Of a stretch of 64,000 nt of DNA, positions 1 through 12,451 are shown in pieces. This DNA comes from Octopus vulgaris. Taxonomy: Eukaryota. Each line of letters begins with the position of its first letter. Positions within the stretch are counted from its first letter, which is position 1. Position numbers and translations under genes: made by a program. Location: contig OX597838.1 in assembly GCA_951406725.2 (NCBI GenBank), forward strand, positions 32,364,001-32,428,000, written 5' to 3'. The notes beneath the pieces are model-generated. The model saw only the letters and a program-made list of their open reading frames with translations, did not search any database and was not told the origin of the DNA.

Positions 1-1143
1 TGTTGCTTAATATGTTTTACTAAAATTGCTGTTTCTTTTCAGATATCACCAGAAAAGGTAATTACAATTCATTAAAATGACAGATCTGTTGGACTTTCAA
101 AGAGGTCAAATTGTTGGTGCTCATATGGCAGGCACTAGCTTAACAAAAACAGTCGAAATGTTTGGTGTATCAAGAAGTACTATCTTGAAGAAAGAGGGAA
201 AAACCTCCTTTTCAAAACGAAACTCTGGAAGAAAACCAAAACTTTCAGATAGGGACTGTCGGACTCTTACGCGAATTGTTAGAAAGGATCACAAAAGTAC
301 AGCTCCCCAAATTACTGTAGAGCTTAAGGACCACCTTGAGAATCCAGTTTTCACAAAAACTATTCACCAGGAGCTGCATAAAGCTGGATTTCAAGGGAAG
401 GCTGCAATCAGAAAATCACTACTTTCAAAAACAAACATTGCAAAGCGTTTAGAGTGGAGTAAAAACCTACAGGTTTGGTCCCTAGAGCAGTGGAAGAATG
501 TTATTTTCTCAGAGGAGTCATTCTGTACCTTATTTCCAACCACTGGCTGAGTATACATGTGGAGACAGCCAAAAGAAGCATTTGACCCAGATAGCCTTCT
601 TCCAACTGTTAAACATGGAGGCGGATCTGTGATGATCTGGGGTACTGTATCTTGGAAATCCACTGGCCCAATGGGTTCCCCTTCATGGCAGAATTAATAG
701 TGAAGACTCTTTAAGCATTTTATCTGATCAAATTCATCCTATGGTTGCAGAACTGTTTCCGGAGGGAAGCGCAATCTTTCAGGATGATAATGCACCAATT
801 CACACAGCTAAAGTTGTTACTGAATGGCATGAAAAACATTCTAGTAAAGTTGAACATCTTACTTGGCCACCACAGTCTCCAGATCTCAATATTATTGAAC
901 ATTTATGGTGCATTTTAGGAAAACAAGTAAGGAGTCGATATCCTCCACCATCATCACTACAAGAACTGGAAACTGTTATAGCTAAAGAATGGACAAAAAT
1001 TCCTTTGGAAACAATTCAAACTTTGTACGAATCCGTACCTTGTAGAATTCAAGCTGTGATTACTGCTAAAGGTGGTCTTACCCCATATTAAAATAAATTT
1101 ATTTGAAATTTTAAGGTGTTTCCATTATTTTGTCAAACCCCTG
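1..1143 (+). mobile_element. Tc1-like DNA transposon (DD36E spacing), decayed transposase, 5' end outside window
   Basis: ORF 77-550 has an HTH region, GRKPKLS and W..VIFSEES. ORF 741-1091 has FQDDNAPIH and WPPQSPDLNIIE. A stop at ~548 and a frameshift lie between them. The likely right TIR ends ...tttgtcaaacccctg at 1143. Confidence 0.9.
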
Positions 1144-1144
1144 C

Positions 1145-1180
<36 letters not shown>

Positions 1181-1298
1181 TGTGTATGTATCAAAACAAA
1201 TGACTGAAAATATTTGGTATATTTTTAATCTTATGTTACACATATTTCATTAAATGATAAGAGGGGACACAGCTAGGAATAAAATCCCTTATATTCAC

Positions 1299-1378
<80 letters not shown>

Positions 1379-1531
1379 AAATGAGAAAATGGAGAAATAT
1401 ATCTAAATCAATCATCAACCATCAGATAATACCCAATCAATACTTTATTAAACCATTACACAATAGCAATGATATTCTACATTAATATAGTACAAATATA
1501 ACAAGACATAGAAATAGAAATAGAAATACAT

Positions 1532-1663
1532 TTACATTGTAGCTGACAGCTGTTTCGGCCGTGGAGACAGGTATGTCCCATTTAACCTATTAGCCATATA
1601 AAGCAGGTATAAATGAGACATTAACAAGAATGTCTCACGGCCTCTTCAGAGAATTTAATGCAA
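1532..1663 (-). ncRNA. Type-I hammerhead ribozyme motif with extended stem II, in a ~290-bp insert between (TA)n tracts
   Basis: Minus strand reads CUGAAGA (1649-1643), stem II GGCCGUG/CACGGCC, GAAAC-AGCU-GUC (palindromic stem III). Stem I is CU/AG plus UUGCAUU/AAUGUAA across an internal loop. Confidence 0.8.
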
Positions 1664-1709
1664 GTATATATATATATATACATACACACACACATACTCA
1701 CATACACAC

Positions 1710-2185
1710 ATGAGGCTTGGCTGAGAAGTCCACAGGCTGACCAAGATACTCCCATGAAATGTCACTAGATGAGGTTTATTTTTCAACATAGTCCCTCTTG
1801 CGGACACACACTTATTCCGTCAGTATTGCATGTGCTTGGGCCTCATTGGTAAAGAAATTTTTATCCTATTGGTCAAAAATATCATTAATTGCAGATATGA
1901 CATCATCATCATCACCGTGATGCTGGTTCCCAGCCAAAATGATTTTTCATATTGAGGAACAGATGATAATCAGATGGGACCAAATCAGAAAAATAGGGAG
2001 ACTGATCAACTAGTTTGAAGCCACATTCACACACAGCAACCATTGAGACCAAGAACTTATATGCTGAAGCAACTGTCCTGATGAAACAAGACCCCTTTCT
2101 TCAGTTCTGGGCATTTGGTCTTGACAGCTTTTCATGACTGCCTGAGCAAGTTGGCATAGTACTCACCATTGAGAATGAGGCCATT
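1710..2185 (-). mobile_element. Mariner transposon relic (C-terminal transposase and end)
   Basis: Minus strand encodes LNGEYYANLLRQ (~2140-2180) and the mariner C-terminus RGDYVEK* (~1775-1800). Confidence 0.75.
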
Positions 2186-2629
2186 TCTACTATAGCCTGA
2201 ATCCAGAACCATGCAGTCTGGAAGTAAACTTGTTACCACACAGCCAGACCTGTGCCTTTCATAAACACATAAACATAGAAAGTGCCCCAATTTTCTCTCA
2301 GGATGGTGACAACCAGAAAACACAAGAATAAATCTCCTGGGACATCTCATAATGTCTGATCTTATTCTATTTTGTTTCCACATATTATTGTTGAGGTGAA
2401 GAAAAAGCTTCTTGTATTTTCCTTCTCCAGAATAACGAAAGGTTTTTGAAACAGGTTATAATTACTCTTATAAAATATAGGAATTTGTGAAATGCATTCG
2501 CTTGCGAGAAGCGTTGGTAAGGTGAGAGCGACAGGGTATTGATTTTTATGTGACACGACAGAGAACCCAATTTTAGAGTGGAGAGGGATATATTGAAGAG
2601 GCTGGAGGGATGGATTGATTGATGCAGGG

Positions 2630-2723
2630 AGTGAGAGAGAGAGAGGGGGAGACTGAGTGATACACAGATAGACAGAAAGATACACACACACACACGCAGA
2701 TAGGTAGATAAATAGATAGATAA

Positions 2724-2765
<42 letters not shown>

Positions 2766-2891
2766 GAATGGAGAGAAGAAAAGGGGAGGGGAGAGAGAGA
2801 GAGAGAGAACACCAGAGAGACAGAGACGCACACAGATAGACAGAAAGATATACACACACACACAGATAGATAGATAGATAGATAGGTAGAC

Positions 2892-2955
<64 letters not shown>

Positions 2956-3037
2956 GAATGGAGAGAAAGGTAGAGGGGGATAGAGAGAAACCCAGAGAGA
3001 CAGAGACACACACAGATAGACAGAAAGATACACACAC

Positions 3038-3123
<86 letters not shown>

Positions 3124-3190
3124 TCATACATACATAGACAAATAGACATGCAGACAGACAGATTGACAAACAGACAGAAGGACAGATATA
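2630..3190. repeat. Compound (GATA)n/(GACA)n/(GA)n/(CA)n microsatellite with internal higher-order duplication
   Basis: Direct reading. The blocks acacagatagacagaaagata and tagatgaatggagag recur. Confidence 0.95.
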
Positions 3191-4182
3191 TTTCAATAAA
3201 TGAAATACGAGTATTATGCATATTGTAAAATGTTTTCACCTTATATTTTACCAATAAATAAAATATATATAAGCCGTTGTCTTTATATAACGATTTTGTT
3301 ACAGAAATATGGGTCTTGAGAGAGAGAGAGAGAGATACAGAGAGAGAGAGACAGAGAGAGAGAGAGGGAGGGATGGGAGAGAGAGAAAGTAGTATATATG
3401 AGCGATAATTCTATTCAACACTAGTAGCACAAATAAACACCACTGATGCACTGGATACTCAAAAGTACTGGTTATTTAAAAAAAAATTTTAATTAATGGC
3501 TGAAACAAAAATAAGAAAATTAAATGAATCTAAATCATCATGTTGAAACAAATCCAGCAAAGCAGTCAATACGAAGCATCCTTACGGGTTAGAAATAGCA
3601 GTCAAATCTCTGCTAAGTCACATTTCACAATCCTGTAAGAAGGACAAAACACATTACATAATACTGTTATTGATATACAAAAAAGTTGAGATGGTCACGG
3701 CTGGAATGGCATTGATTGTATATCTTCTTCATCTGAAGTGAAGTTAGCTTTGCACTCTTTTAAAATAAAAATTTGCAAAATATATGAAAATAATCCCTGT
3801 TTTTTTTTCCTTAGTCTCGTGTTTGTCCTTGTTGTTCTTTTCAGTGTCCCGTGTGACAATGACAGTGCACTTGCCGCATGGAGGTAGACATCGTCTGCTT
3901 CAGTTAATGTCGTCTGCTATTTCGTAATAACAGGACAATGATAAGATTTATATTTATTTTGAAGGACAATGGATGGATAGAATTGTTAAAGAGCTTGATG
4001 AAATGTTCAAATATTATCTAGTTTTAGTTAAGGAAATTTGCTTCCCAACCAGACGGTCCTGGGTTCAATTCCATTGAGTGGCACCTTCAACAAGTGTCTT
4101 GTATTCTATTCTTGTGTCAACCAAAACCTTGTCAGTAGTTTTGGTAGATGGAAACTGAAAGAAGCCCATCATATATATATAT

Positions 4183-4380
4183 AACTTGTTTCAGTCATGT
4201 GACTGTGGCCATGCTGGAGCACCGACTTTCGTCGAGCAAATCAACCCAAGGACTTATTCTTTGTAAGCCTAGTACTTATTCTATCGGTCTCTTTTGCCGA
4301 ACCGCTGAGTTACAGGGACATAAACACACCAGCATCGGTTGTCAAGCAATGTTGAGGACCAAACACAGACACACAAACAT

Positions 4381-4421
<41 letters not shown>

Positions 4422-4565
4422 CATACACGATGGGCTTCTTTCAGTTTCCGTCTACCAAATCCACTCACAAGGCTTTGGTTGGCCCGAGGCTATAGTAGAA
4501 GACACTTGCCCAAGGTGCCATGCAGTGGGACTGAACCCGGAACCACACAGTCACTCCCACAATGC
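4183..4565 (-). mobile_element. tRNA-headed SINE, family A (the window's dominant SINE)
   Basis: Reverse copy of the family typified by 9376-9823. Confidence 0.85.
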
Positions 4566-5277
4566 CTATATAAACATATATATATGTGCGTGTGCACGCA
4601 CACGTGTGTGTATATCACTGCATGCTACCTTGGACAGGTGTCCTCTACTATAGCCTTGGGCCAACCAAAGCCTTGTGAGTGAATTTGGTAGACGGAAACT
4701 GAAAGAAGCCTGTAATACACACATATATATGCATTTGTGTGTCTGTGTTTGCCCCACCACCACCACCACCACCACCACCACCATTGCTTGAAAACCGATG
4801 TTGGTGTGTTTACATCCCCATAACTTAGCAGTTTGGTAAAAAAAAATGACCAATAGAATAAGTATTAGGCTTACAAAGAATAAGTCTTGGGGTTGATTTG
4901 TTCGACTAAAGGCAGTGCTCCAGCATGACCACAGTCAATTGACTGAAACAAGTAAAAGAAAAAAAAGAAAATATATAGCAATGTGTGTGTGTGTGTCTGT
5001 GTTTCTTCTCCATCACTGCTTGACAACCAGTGTTGGTGTGTTTGCATCCCCGTAACTTAGTGGTTCGGCAAAAGAGATCGATAGAATAAGTACCGGGGGT
5101 TGATTCATTTGACTAAAATTCTTTAAAGCAATGCCCCAGCATGACCACAGTCTAATGACTGAAACAAGTAAAAGAAGTCTCTATATTTTGAAAGAAATTT
5201 GCTTACCAACAGCATGGTTCTGGGTTCAGTGCCACTGCATGGCACCTTGAGCAAGTGTCTTCTACTATAGCCCCAGA

Positions 5278-5317
<40 letters not shown>

Positions 5318-5579
5318 CCTTGAAAGTGGAAATTGAAAACTCATTGTATAAGTGTGTGTGTGTGTTGTGTTTATATTTGTTTCTATGCCACTTGAGACCT
5401 GGTGTTGATTTGTCTATGTCCCTGTAACTTAGTGGTTCAGTAAAAGCGACCGATAAAATGCATATGAGGCTTAAGAATAAGTCAATTTGACCAAAATATT
5501 TTAAGGTGAAGTTACAGCATGGCTGCAGTCCAATGGTGGAAATAAATAAAAGATACAATAATGATTCTAACAGGGTCAA

Positions 5580-5835
5580 ACACACACACACACAACACAC
5601 ACATACACACATATACAGAGACAAACACACACGCAACACACACACATACAGAAGGACATACACATACACACACAGACACACATCGGGGGGCACACATACA
5701 CACAAATACATACATACACACACAGACACACATCAGAGGGGACACATACGCACAAATACACACACACACACACATACACACATCGGGGGGTGGCACATAC
5801 ACACAAATACACACACACACACAACACACACATAT
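5580..5835. repeat. Degenerate CA-rich microsatellite/minisatellite
   Basis: Direct reading. The unit cagacacacatcggggg recurs three times. Confidence 0.85.
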
Positions 5836-6076
5836 ACTTGTCAACTCCAGTCAAGAAAATCCATGATCAAAGCCGTTCCATTTGCGACCACCCCATCCTT
5901 TAGGAGTGCCTAGGATTTGATTATACAGTGTATTCTGTCTTTTTGAAAATCTAGCCCTCTTACATCCTTTCCAGGATTGAAAAAAATGAAATACCAGTCA
6001 AATACTGGGGTTGATTTAATCAATTAATCCCTTCCTCCTTTCAGTATTGCTAGCAATGTACTTAAATCAGCGACTG

Positions 6077-6435
6077 TTACTTCCGCCTTAGCAAAGGCAG
6101 AGGTATTGTTTTCAGTCACATTTGTTTGTTTGTCCATGGACAAGATATCTCAAGAACCGCTGGATGGATTCGGATGAAACTTTCAGGGATGTTTGGCCTC
6201 ATGACTGGCACAAACTGATAAGATTTTGGGATCAATCCAGTGCCAGACAAGGTTTCTGGATTATTTTTCCTGTTTTTTTACTTAATTTTTGAGTGCAGTC
6301 AGGTTCATTTTTAGTATTTTTGTTTGTGAGAGCAGTTGAGTTTATTTCAGATATTCTCATTTTAAAAATCATCTTCAGCTAACCATTGAGAGGACATTGG
6401 TGTAGTCTTGGTGGAAGTTTGCACTCTCTGAGTGC
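6077..6435 (+). mobile_element. Non-autonomous Helentron-type element (HINE/DINE-1-like)
   Basis: Subterminal inverted repeat acttccgcc / ggtggaagt, an internal (TTTG)n tract, and a 3' hairpin gcactc-tct-gagtgc. Confidence 0.65.
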
Positions 6436-6442
6436 TCATGTT

Positions 6443-6829
6443 GGGAAGCACTCCGTCGGTTACGACGATGAGGGTTCCGGTTGATCCGAATCAACGGAAC
6501 AGCCTGCTCGTGAAATTAACGTGTAAGTGGCTGAGCACTCCACAGACACGTGTACCCTTAACGTAGTTCTCGGAGATATTCAGCGTGACACAGAGAGTGA
6601 CAAGGCCGGCCCTTTGAAATACAGGTACAACAGAAACAGGAAGTAAGAGTGAGAGGAAGTTGTGGTGAAAGAGTACAGCAGGGATCACCACCATCCCTGC
6701 CGGAGCCTCGTGGAGCTTTTTTAGGTGTTTTCGCTCAATAAACACTCACAACGCCCGGTCTGGGAATCGAAACCGCGATCCTATGACCGCGAGTCCGCTG
6801 CCTTAACCACTGGGCCATTGCGCCTCCAA
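6443..6829 (-). mobile_element. tRNA-headed SINE, family D, full length with 9-bp TSD
   Basis: Head ggcgcaatggcccagtggttaaggcagcggactcgcgg...gtttcgattccc has A/B boxes. TSD gctcatgtt at 6434-6442 and 6830-6838. Confidence 0.85.
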
Positions 6830-6934
6830 GCTCATGTTATCTATGTTTTTACTCCCTGAGTTCAAGTTCTTACTGGGTTTTGGGGTCGAAAAATATTAAA
6901 TATGAACCAATATAAATGAGAAGAAAAAATTCTA

Positions 6935-7400
6935 CCTGTTTGTCTGTCTGTCTGTGTTCCTGCCTCTTGGTCTGTTTGCCAGTCTGCCTGCCTGTCTGTC
7001 AGTCTGTTTGTCTGTCGGTCTGCCTGTCTATCTGTCTGTCTATTTGTCTGCTTCTCATCCTATCTGTCAGTCTCGCTGTCTGTCTGTCTGTCAGTCTGCC
7101 TGCCTGCCTGCCTGTCTGTCCGCCTGTCTGTCAGTCTGTTTGTCTGTCAGTCTGCCTGTCTGTCTGTCTGTCTATTTGTCTGCTTGCCATTCTATCTGTC
7201 TGTCTCGCTGTCTCTCTGCCTGTCAGTCTGCCTGTCTGCCTGCCTGCCCATCTGTCTGTCTGTCTGTGCCTGTATTTATTTGTCTACCAATTATTCTGTC
7301 TTAATCTGCCTCTGTCTTCTCTGTACCTGTCAGTTTCTTTGTCTACCCGTCAGTCTGTCTGCTTGTCTGCCTGCCAGTCTGTCCGCCTCTCCTCTGCCAT
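6935..7400. repeat. Degenerate (TCTG)n/(CCTG)n microsatellite
   Basis: Direct reading. Confidence 0.9.
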
Positions 7401-7461
7401 CCCTTTCTCCAAAACAGATTACTTCCCCCACTTGTTGGAACCAAAGAGGGATCCACTACAT

Positions 7462-8371
7462 TAGGCATGGGGGTAACTATTTTTGAGAAGTGAGCCACAC
7501 GACACATGGCTGATCATCAGGTGGGCCACATGAGACATAGCTGATCATCAGGTGGGCCGCATGAGACATGGATGATCATCAGGTGGGCCGCATAACACAT
7601 GGAGAATCATCAGGTGGGCAGCATGAGACATGGCTGATCATCAGGTGGGCCACATGAGGCATGGATGATCATCAGGTGGACCACATAACACATGGCTGAT
7701 CATCAGGTGTGCCACATGAGACATGGCTGATCATCAGGTGGACCGCAGGAGACATAGCTGATCATCAGGTGGGCTGCATGAGACATGGACGATCATCAGG
7801 TGGGCCGCAGGAGACATGGATGATCATCAAGTGGGCCACATGAGACATGGATGATCATCAAGTGGGCCACATGAGACATGGATGATCATCAGGTGGGCTG
7901 CATGAGACATAGCTGATCATCAGGTGGGCCGCATGAGACATGGATGATCATCAGGTGGGCTGTATGACACATGGCTGATCGTCAGGTGGGCCACATGAGA
8001 CATGGTTGATCATCAGGTGGGCAGCATGAGACATGGCTGATCATCAGGTGGGCAGCATGATATATGGTTGATCATCAGGTGGACCGCATGAGACATGGAT
8101 GATCATCAGGTGGACCGCATGAGATGTGGCTGATCATCAGGTGGGCCACATGACACATGGTTGATCATCGGGTGGACCGCATGACACATGGTTGATCATC
8201 AGGTGGGCAGCATGAGACATGGATGATCATCAGGTGGGCCTCATGAGACATAGCCGATCATCATGTGGGCCACACTACTAAAAAATATTCAAGGTAATTT
8301 TTCTTTGATGTGCCATTCAGAAAGTCCTGCGTGCCACATGCTGGTTGCTGACCACAGGTTGCCTACAACTG
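7462..8371. mobile_element. Putative hAT (Charlie-like) MITE enclosing a minisatellite
   Basis: Degenerate termini taggcatgggggtaac / gttgcctacaactg. The 8-bp flanks cactacat / cactatac match at 6 of 8 positions. Confidence 0.55.
7489..8274. repeat. 31-bp tandem minisatellite, ~25 copies (approx. atgagacatggMtgatcatcaggtgggccRc)
   Basis: tgatcatc recurs at 7511, 7542, 7573 and onward with period 31. Confidence 0.95.
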
Positions 8372-8719
8372 CACTATACAGTTACTAGAAAAAGCAGCCA
8401 ATCTCCTTCACATCATACCATACTTCCTCAAATAAAGAAGGATACATTGGACATATATACAAAATAAATAAATAAATGAATGAATAAATAAAAAATAGAC
8501 TGGATAGTCATGGCTGGAACACTTTACCTATAAGTTTTTCTTGATCAGCTGTTGCTGGCTTTGTAATTACCTCTTACTACCACCACTGCCTCCACATAGA
8601 TAACATCACCATATAGCAATGCGATATCACCACTGCCACCACCACCACCATCATCTACACAACTACGAAGATATGTAGAGAGAGGCAGGTAAACAGATTG
8701 ATAGTGAAAAAGTTCTTCA

Positions 8720-8909
8720 AGGAGGAAGGAAGGAAGTAACAGAAGGAGGGGAGAGGGAAGGAAGGCAAGCTAGCTAGATATATATATATATATATTGAGA
8801 GAGAGGGAGAGAAAGAGAGGGGAGAGAAAGAAAGAGAGAGAGGGAGAAAAAGAGAGAGAGGGGGAGGGAGAGAAAGAGAGAGAAGGTAGTAAGGCTGGCT
8901 GGTTAGCTG

Positions 8910-8967
<58 letters not shown>

Positions 8968-9023
8968 CAGATAGATAGAGAGGGGGAGAGAGAGAGGGAG
9001 AGAGAAGAAAGGAAGGCTGGCTG

Positions 9024-9069
<46 letters not shown>

Positions 9070-9240
9070 CAGATAGATAGATAGATAGACAGATAGATAC
9101 ATAGAGAGAGGGGTGTGTGAGAGAGAAAGGGGAGGGGAGAGAGAGAGAGAGGGAAGGCAAGCTGGTTAACTAGTCTGATAAAGAGATAGAGAGATGGGGA
9201 AAGAGAGGGGAGAGGAGGAGAGAGAGGGAGAAAGTGTGAC
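8720..9240. repeat. Purine-rich (GA)n/(GATA)n compound microsatellite
   Basis: Direct reading. Confidence 0.9.
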
Positions 9241-9375
9241 AGACATACGTAGCTAGGTAGACAGACTCAGAAAAGTAAATAGATAAATAAATAAATAGAA
9301 AAAGAGATAACTAATTGATTAATCAAAGTTGTTGAAGACAATCAAAATAGGGTTAGAATTTCCATTGGCAAATTA

Positions 9376-9548
9376 TAGGCGCAGGAGTGGCTGTGTGGTA
9401 AGTAGCTTGTTTACCAACCACATGGTTCCGGGTTCAGTCCCACTGCGTGGCACCTTGGGCAAGTGTCTTCTACTATAGTCTCGGGCTGACCAAAGCCTTG
9501 TGAGTGGATTTGGTAGACGGAAACTGAAAGAAGCCCGTCGTATATATG

Positions 9549-9592
<44 letters not shown>

Positions 9593-9823
9593 TATATGCG
9601 TGTGTGTGTGCTTTGTGCGTCTGTGTTTGTCCCCCTAGCATTGCTTGACAACCGATGCTGGTGTGTTTATGTCCCCGTTACTTAGCGGTTCGGCAAAATA
9701 GACAAATAGAATAAGTACTGGGCTTACAAAAGGTTAAGTCCCGGGGTCGAGTTGCTCGATTAAAGGCGGTGCTCCAGCATGGCCGCAGTCAAATGACTGA
9801 AACAAGTGAAAGAGTAAAAGAGT
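9376..9823 (+). mobile_element. tRNA-headed SINE, family A, full length
   Basis: Head ggcgcaggagtggctgtgtggtaag...gggttcagtccc, then ccttgggcaagtg, an internal (TA)n and a (aagagta)n tail. Many other full or partial copies occur in the window. Confidence 0.9.
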
Positions 9824-10049
9824 ATGCACACACACACACACATACCCCTCATACACTCTTTAACTTTACCCACTACCCCTGATTCTTCAGTCATCATACT
9901 CTCTTCTATCCACCATCTTGGATATGTTACCTTAAGGGGTTTGTATGCCCTGGCTCCTAGTCACCTTCATGGCTGTCACTCAGGCTCCGGCCACCCATAC
10001 ATAATTCTTTCAATTATAGGCACAAAGCCAGCAATTTTAGTGGAGGGGT

Positions 10050-10282
10050 AAGGAGGCGAGCTGGCAGAAACGTTAGCACACCGGGCGAAATGCGTAGCTG
10101 TATTTCGTCTGCCGTTACGTTCTGAGTTCAAATTCCACCGAAGTCGACTTTGCCTGTCATCCTTTCAGGGTCAATAAACTAAGTACCAGTTATGCACTGG
10201 GGTCGATGTAATTGACTTAATCCATTTAGCTATCCTTGTTTGTCCCCTCTGTGTTTAGCCCCTTGTGGGTAGTAAAGAAATA
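10050..10282 (+). mobile_element. tRNA-headed SINE, family B (MetaSINE-like central domain)
   Basis: Head gagctggcagaaacgttagc...gagttcaaattcc, then gccTNtcatcctttcRgggtcRataaa...agtaccag. Flanked by aattttagtggagggg on both sides (TSD-like). Confidence 0.8.
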
Positions 10283-10599
10283 AATTTTAGTGGAGGGGTT
10301 GGTGGTGGTGGTAAGTCTATTACACCGACCTCTGTGCTTGGCCAGTTCATATTTTATCGACCCTAAATCTATGGATAAAAGGCAGAGCCAACTTTAGTGG
10401 GATTTGAACACAGAACTTAGAACTGGAAGAAAAGCCTCCAAGTCCTTTGCCAATTACACAGACCCCTCTGCTCAAATGATGCTTATTTTGTGTAGCACCT
10501 TGAGCAAGTGTCTTCTACTATAGCCTCGAAAGCCCCGTGAGTGGATTTGGCTGACGGAAACTGAAAGAAGTCCATTGTATATATATATATATATATATA

Positions 10600-10699
10600 C
10601 TTTATTTAAAAGCAGCAGAAATTCAACAAAACCTGTTACTCGGAGTTTCACGTTCCCATTCGTTTTTTCCACCTTGTTTCACATTTATGTGTTTACTCC

Positions 10700-10741
<42 letters not shown>

Positions 10742-11069
10742 TATACTGTTATGTCTTGGGAGTCATTTTCTTTTTGTGCCTTATAATTTAACACACTCAC
10801 CGGTAAAATTTCCACTTATTCCTTACTTTTATTTTCCTAAAATTTTTGTTGCGTCTTGCAACTTTTTCAATAGTCTTGACTACCAGTGAGTGTGTTAAAT
10901 TATAAGGTACAAAAAGAAAATGACTCTCCTCAGACACAAACCAGAATATGCAAAAACGAAATATATATATATATATATTTCGTTTTGGGATTTGGTTTGC
11001 AAATTCTTTATGTGAGTTTGTGTGTTGAAGCATATTCTGTTGTGTCTGAGGAGAGTCATTTTCTTTTTG

Positions 11070-11075
<6 letters not shown>
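10600..11075. mobile_element. Cluster of short (TA)n-embedded inverted-repeat inserts (Penelope-like terminal fragments)
   Basis: 10600-10702 matches the element at 31255-31464. A 46-bp inverted repeat spans 10760-10805 / 10881-10926, with a third copy at ~11030-11075. Confidence 0.55.
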
Positions 11076-11104
<29 letters not shown>

Positions 11105-11111
<7 letters not shown>

Positions 11112-11820
11112 GGCTTCTTTCAGTTTTTGATTTTATTCACCTTACTTTGAGTTGTACAGATAATACCGCATTGACTTGGTGCTTCAACAAAGTTGTGCTG
11201 GCACAACTACAATTTCACTTGGTTCGACAGGTCTTCACAAGGACAGCATATTGCCCAATGATTGAAAGGTGCTTTTAACGAGCCAGTTATGCAACACTGG
11301 CACCAGTCATGACTATGGTCTCACTTGGCTTGGCAGGTCTTCTCAAGCATGGCATATCTTCAAAGGTCTCAGTCACTTATCATTAACTTTGTGAAGCCCA
11401 ACATTTAAGATCATACTTCACCACCTCATCCCATATCTTCCTGGGTCTACCTCCATCATTAGAGTGTGACACTTCTTCACACTGCTGTCCTCATCCATAC
11501 ACATCACGTGACCATACCAGCGCCGTCATCTCTCTTGCACACCACATCTGATGCTTTTTATATCCAACTTTTCTCTCAGGATGCTTACACTCTGTCATGT
11601 ATGCACATTGACATTACACATCCAGCGAAGCATACTGGCTTCATTTCTTACAAGCCTACACATGTCCTCAGTAGTCACAGCCCATGTTTCACTGCCGTGA
11701 GGCCACCAAAGCCATACCCAAGCTGAAACACTGGAGTAAGACATGTTCCTCTGATCCAGTGAATCCTGTTGATCAATCCAACCCATGCCAGCAGAGCAAA
11801 ATGGACATAAGATAATGATG
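11105..11820 (-). mobile_element. RTE-clade LINE 3' fragments
   Basis: Encodes HGSETWAVTTEDMCRLVRNEASMLRWMCNV, the same family as 39623-41902. Confidence 0.8.
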
Positions 11821-11821
11821 A

Positions 11822-12195
11822 CTAGCACTATGACCTGGCAACACCGGGTCATAGTGCTAGTGCATGCATATACAGCTGCGTGCGTGCACACATACACGGG
11901 AGTACTGTCCAAATCTCCGACCAATCACATACAGTTAGCTGGCATTCAATTGGCGTATCAAGTTTCAGGCATTTTGATTGGGTTTTGGATAGAAAATTCA
12001 CAAAAATGTCACTTCTATTGATTATTTAATGGCTTTGCAGGGTGACTGGGGAAATGCAAAGATGTGCACGACCACCCTTGGACGGTTTTGAATGACCATA
12101 GAAAGTGCGAGCCCTCTAATTGAAAAATAGTGGATTTGTATAAAGGACATGCACACACACACAGACGGACATTTTGCCGTTTATATATATAGAGA
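11822..12195 (-). mobile_element. Non-autonomous Helitron
   Basis: On the minus strand: 5' A|TCTCTATATATATAAACGGC, a 3' long hairpin and CTAG|T. Further copies at ~43865-44229 and 56570-56919. Confidence 0.75.
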
Positions 12196-12451
12196 TGATG
12201 AGGGAGGAGGAGGAGAAGGAAAAGGAGAAGGAGGAGGTGAAAGAGGTGGATATAAATGTAATGAGCATTAAAGTTTGCATGTCTTGAATGAAATCCACCA
12301 TTTCCTAACAAATCTGTACCTAATTTCTTATAGCGATCAAAAATGCTAACTAGAATAATCCATAAATACCATCAAAAATAAAACTCTAGCAGTTCATCAA
12401 AAGAGACTGATAGAATAAGTATTTTTTTTTATTTATGCACCCTAATCAAGC

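Noticed and set aside
6750-6829. tRNA genes at SINE heads (also 9376, 13808, 52114, 55079)
   Set aside because: A/B boxes are present, but each runs into SINE body sequence and I could not fold a complete cloverleaf.
7489-8274. Regular 31-bp array as a CRISPR array
   Set aside because: The units are contiguous with no unique spacers, there are no cas genes, and the context is eukaryotic.
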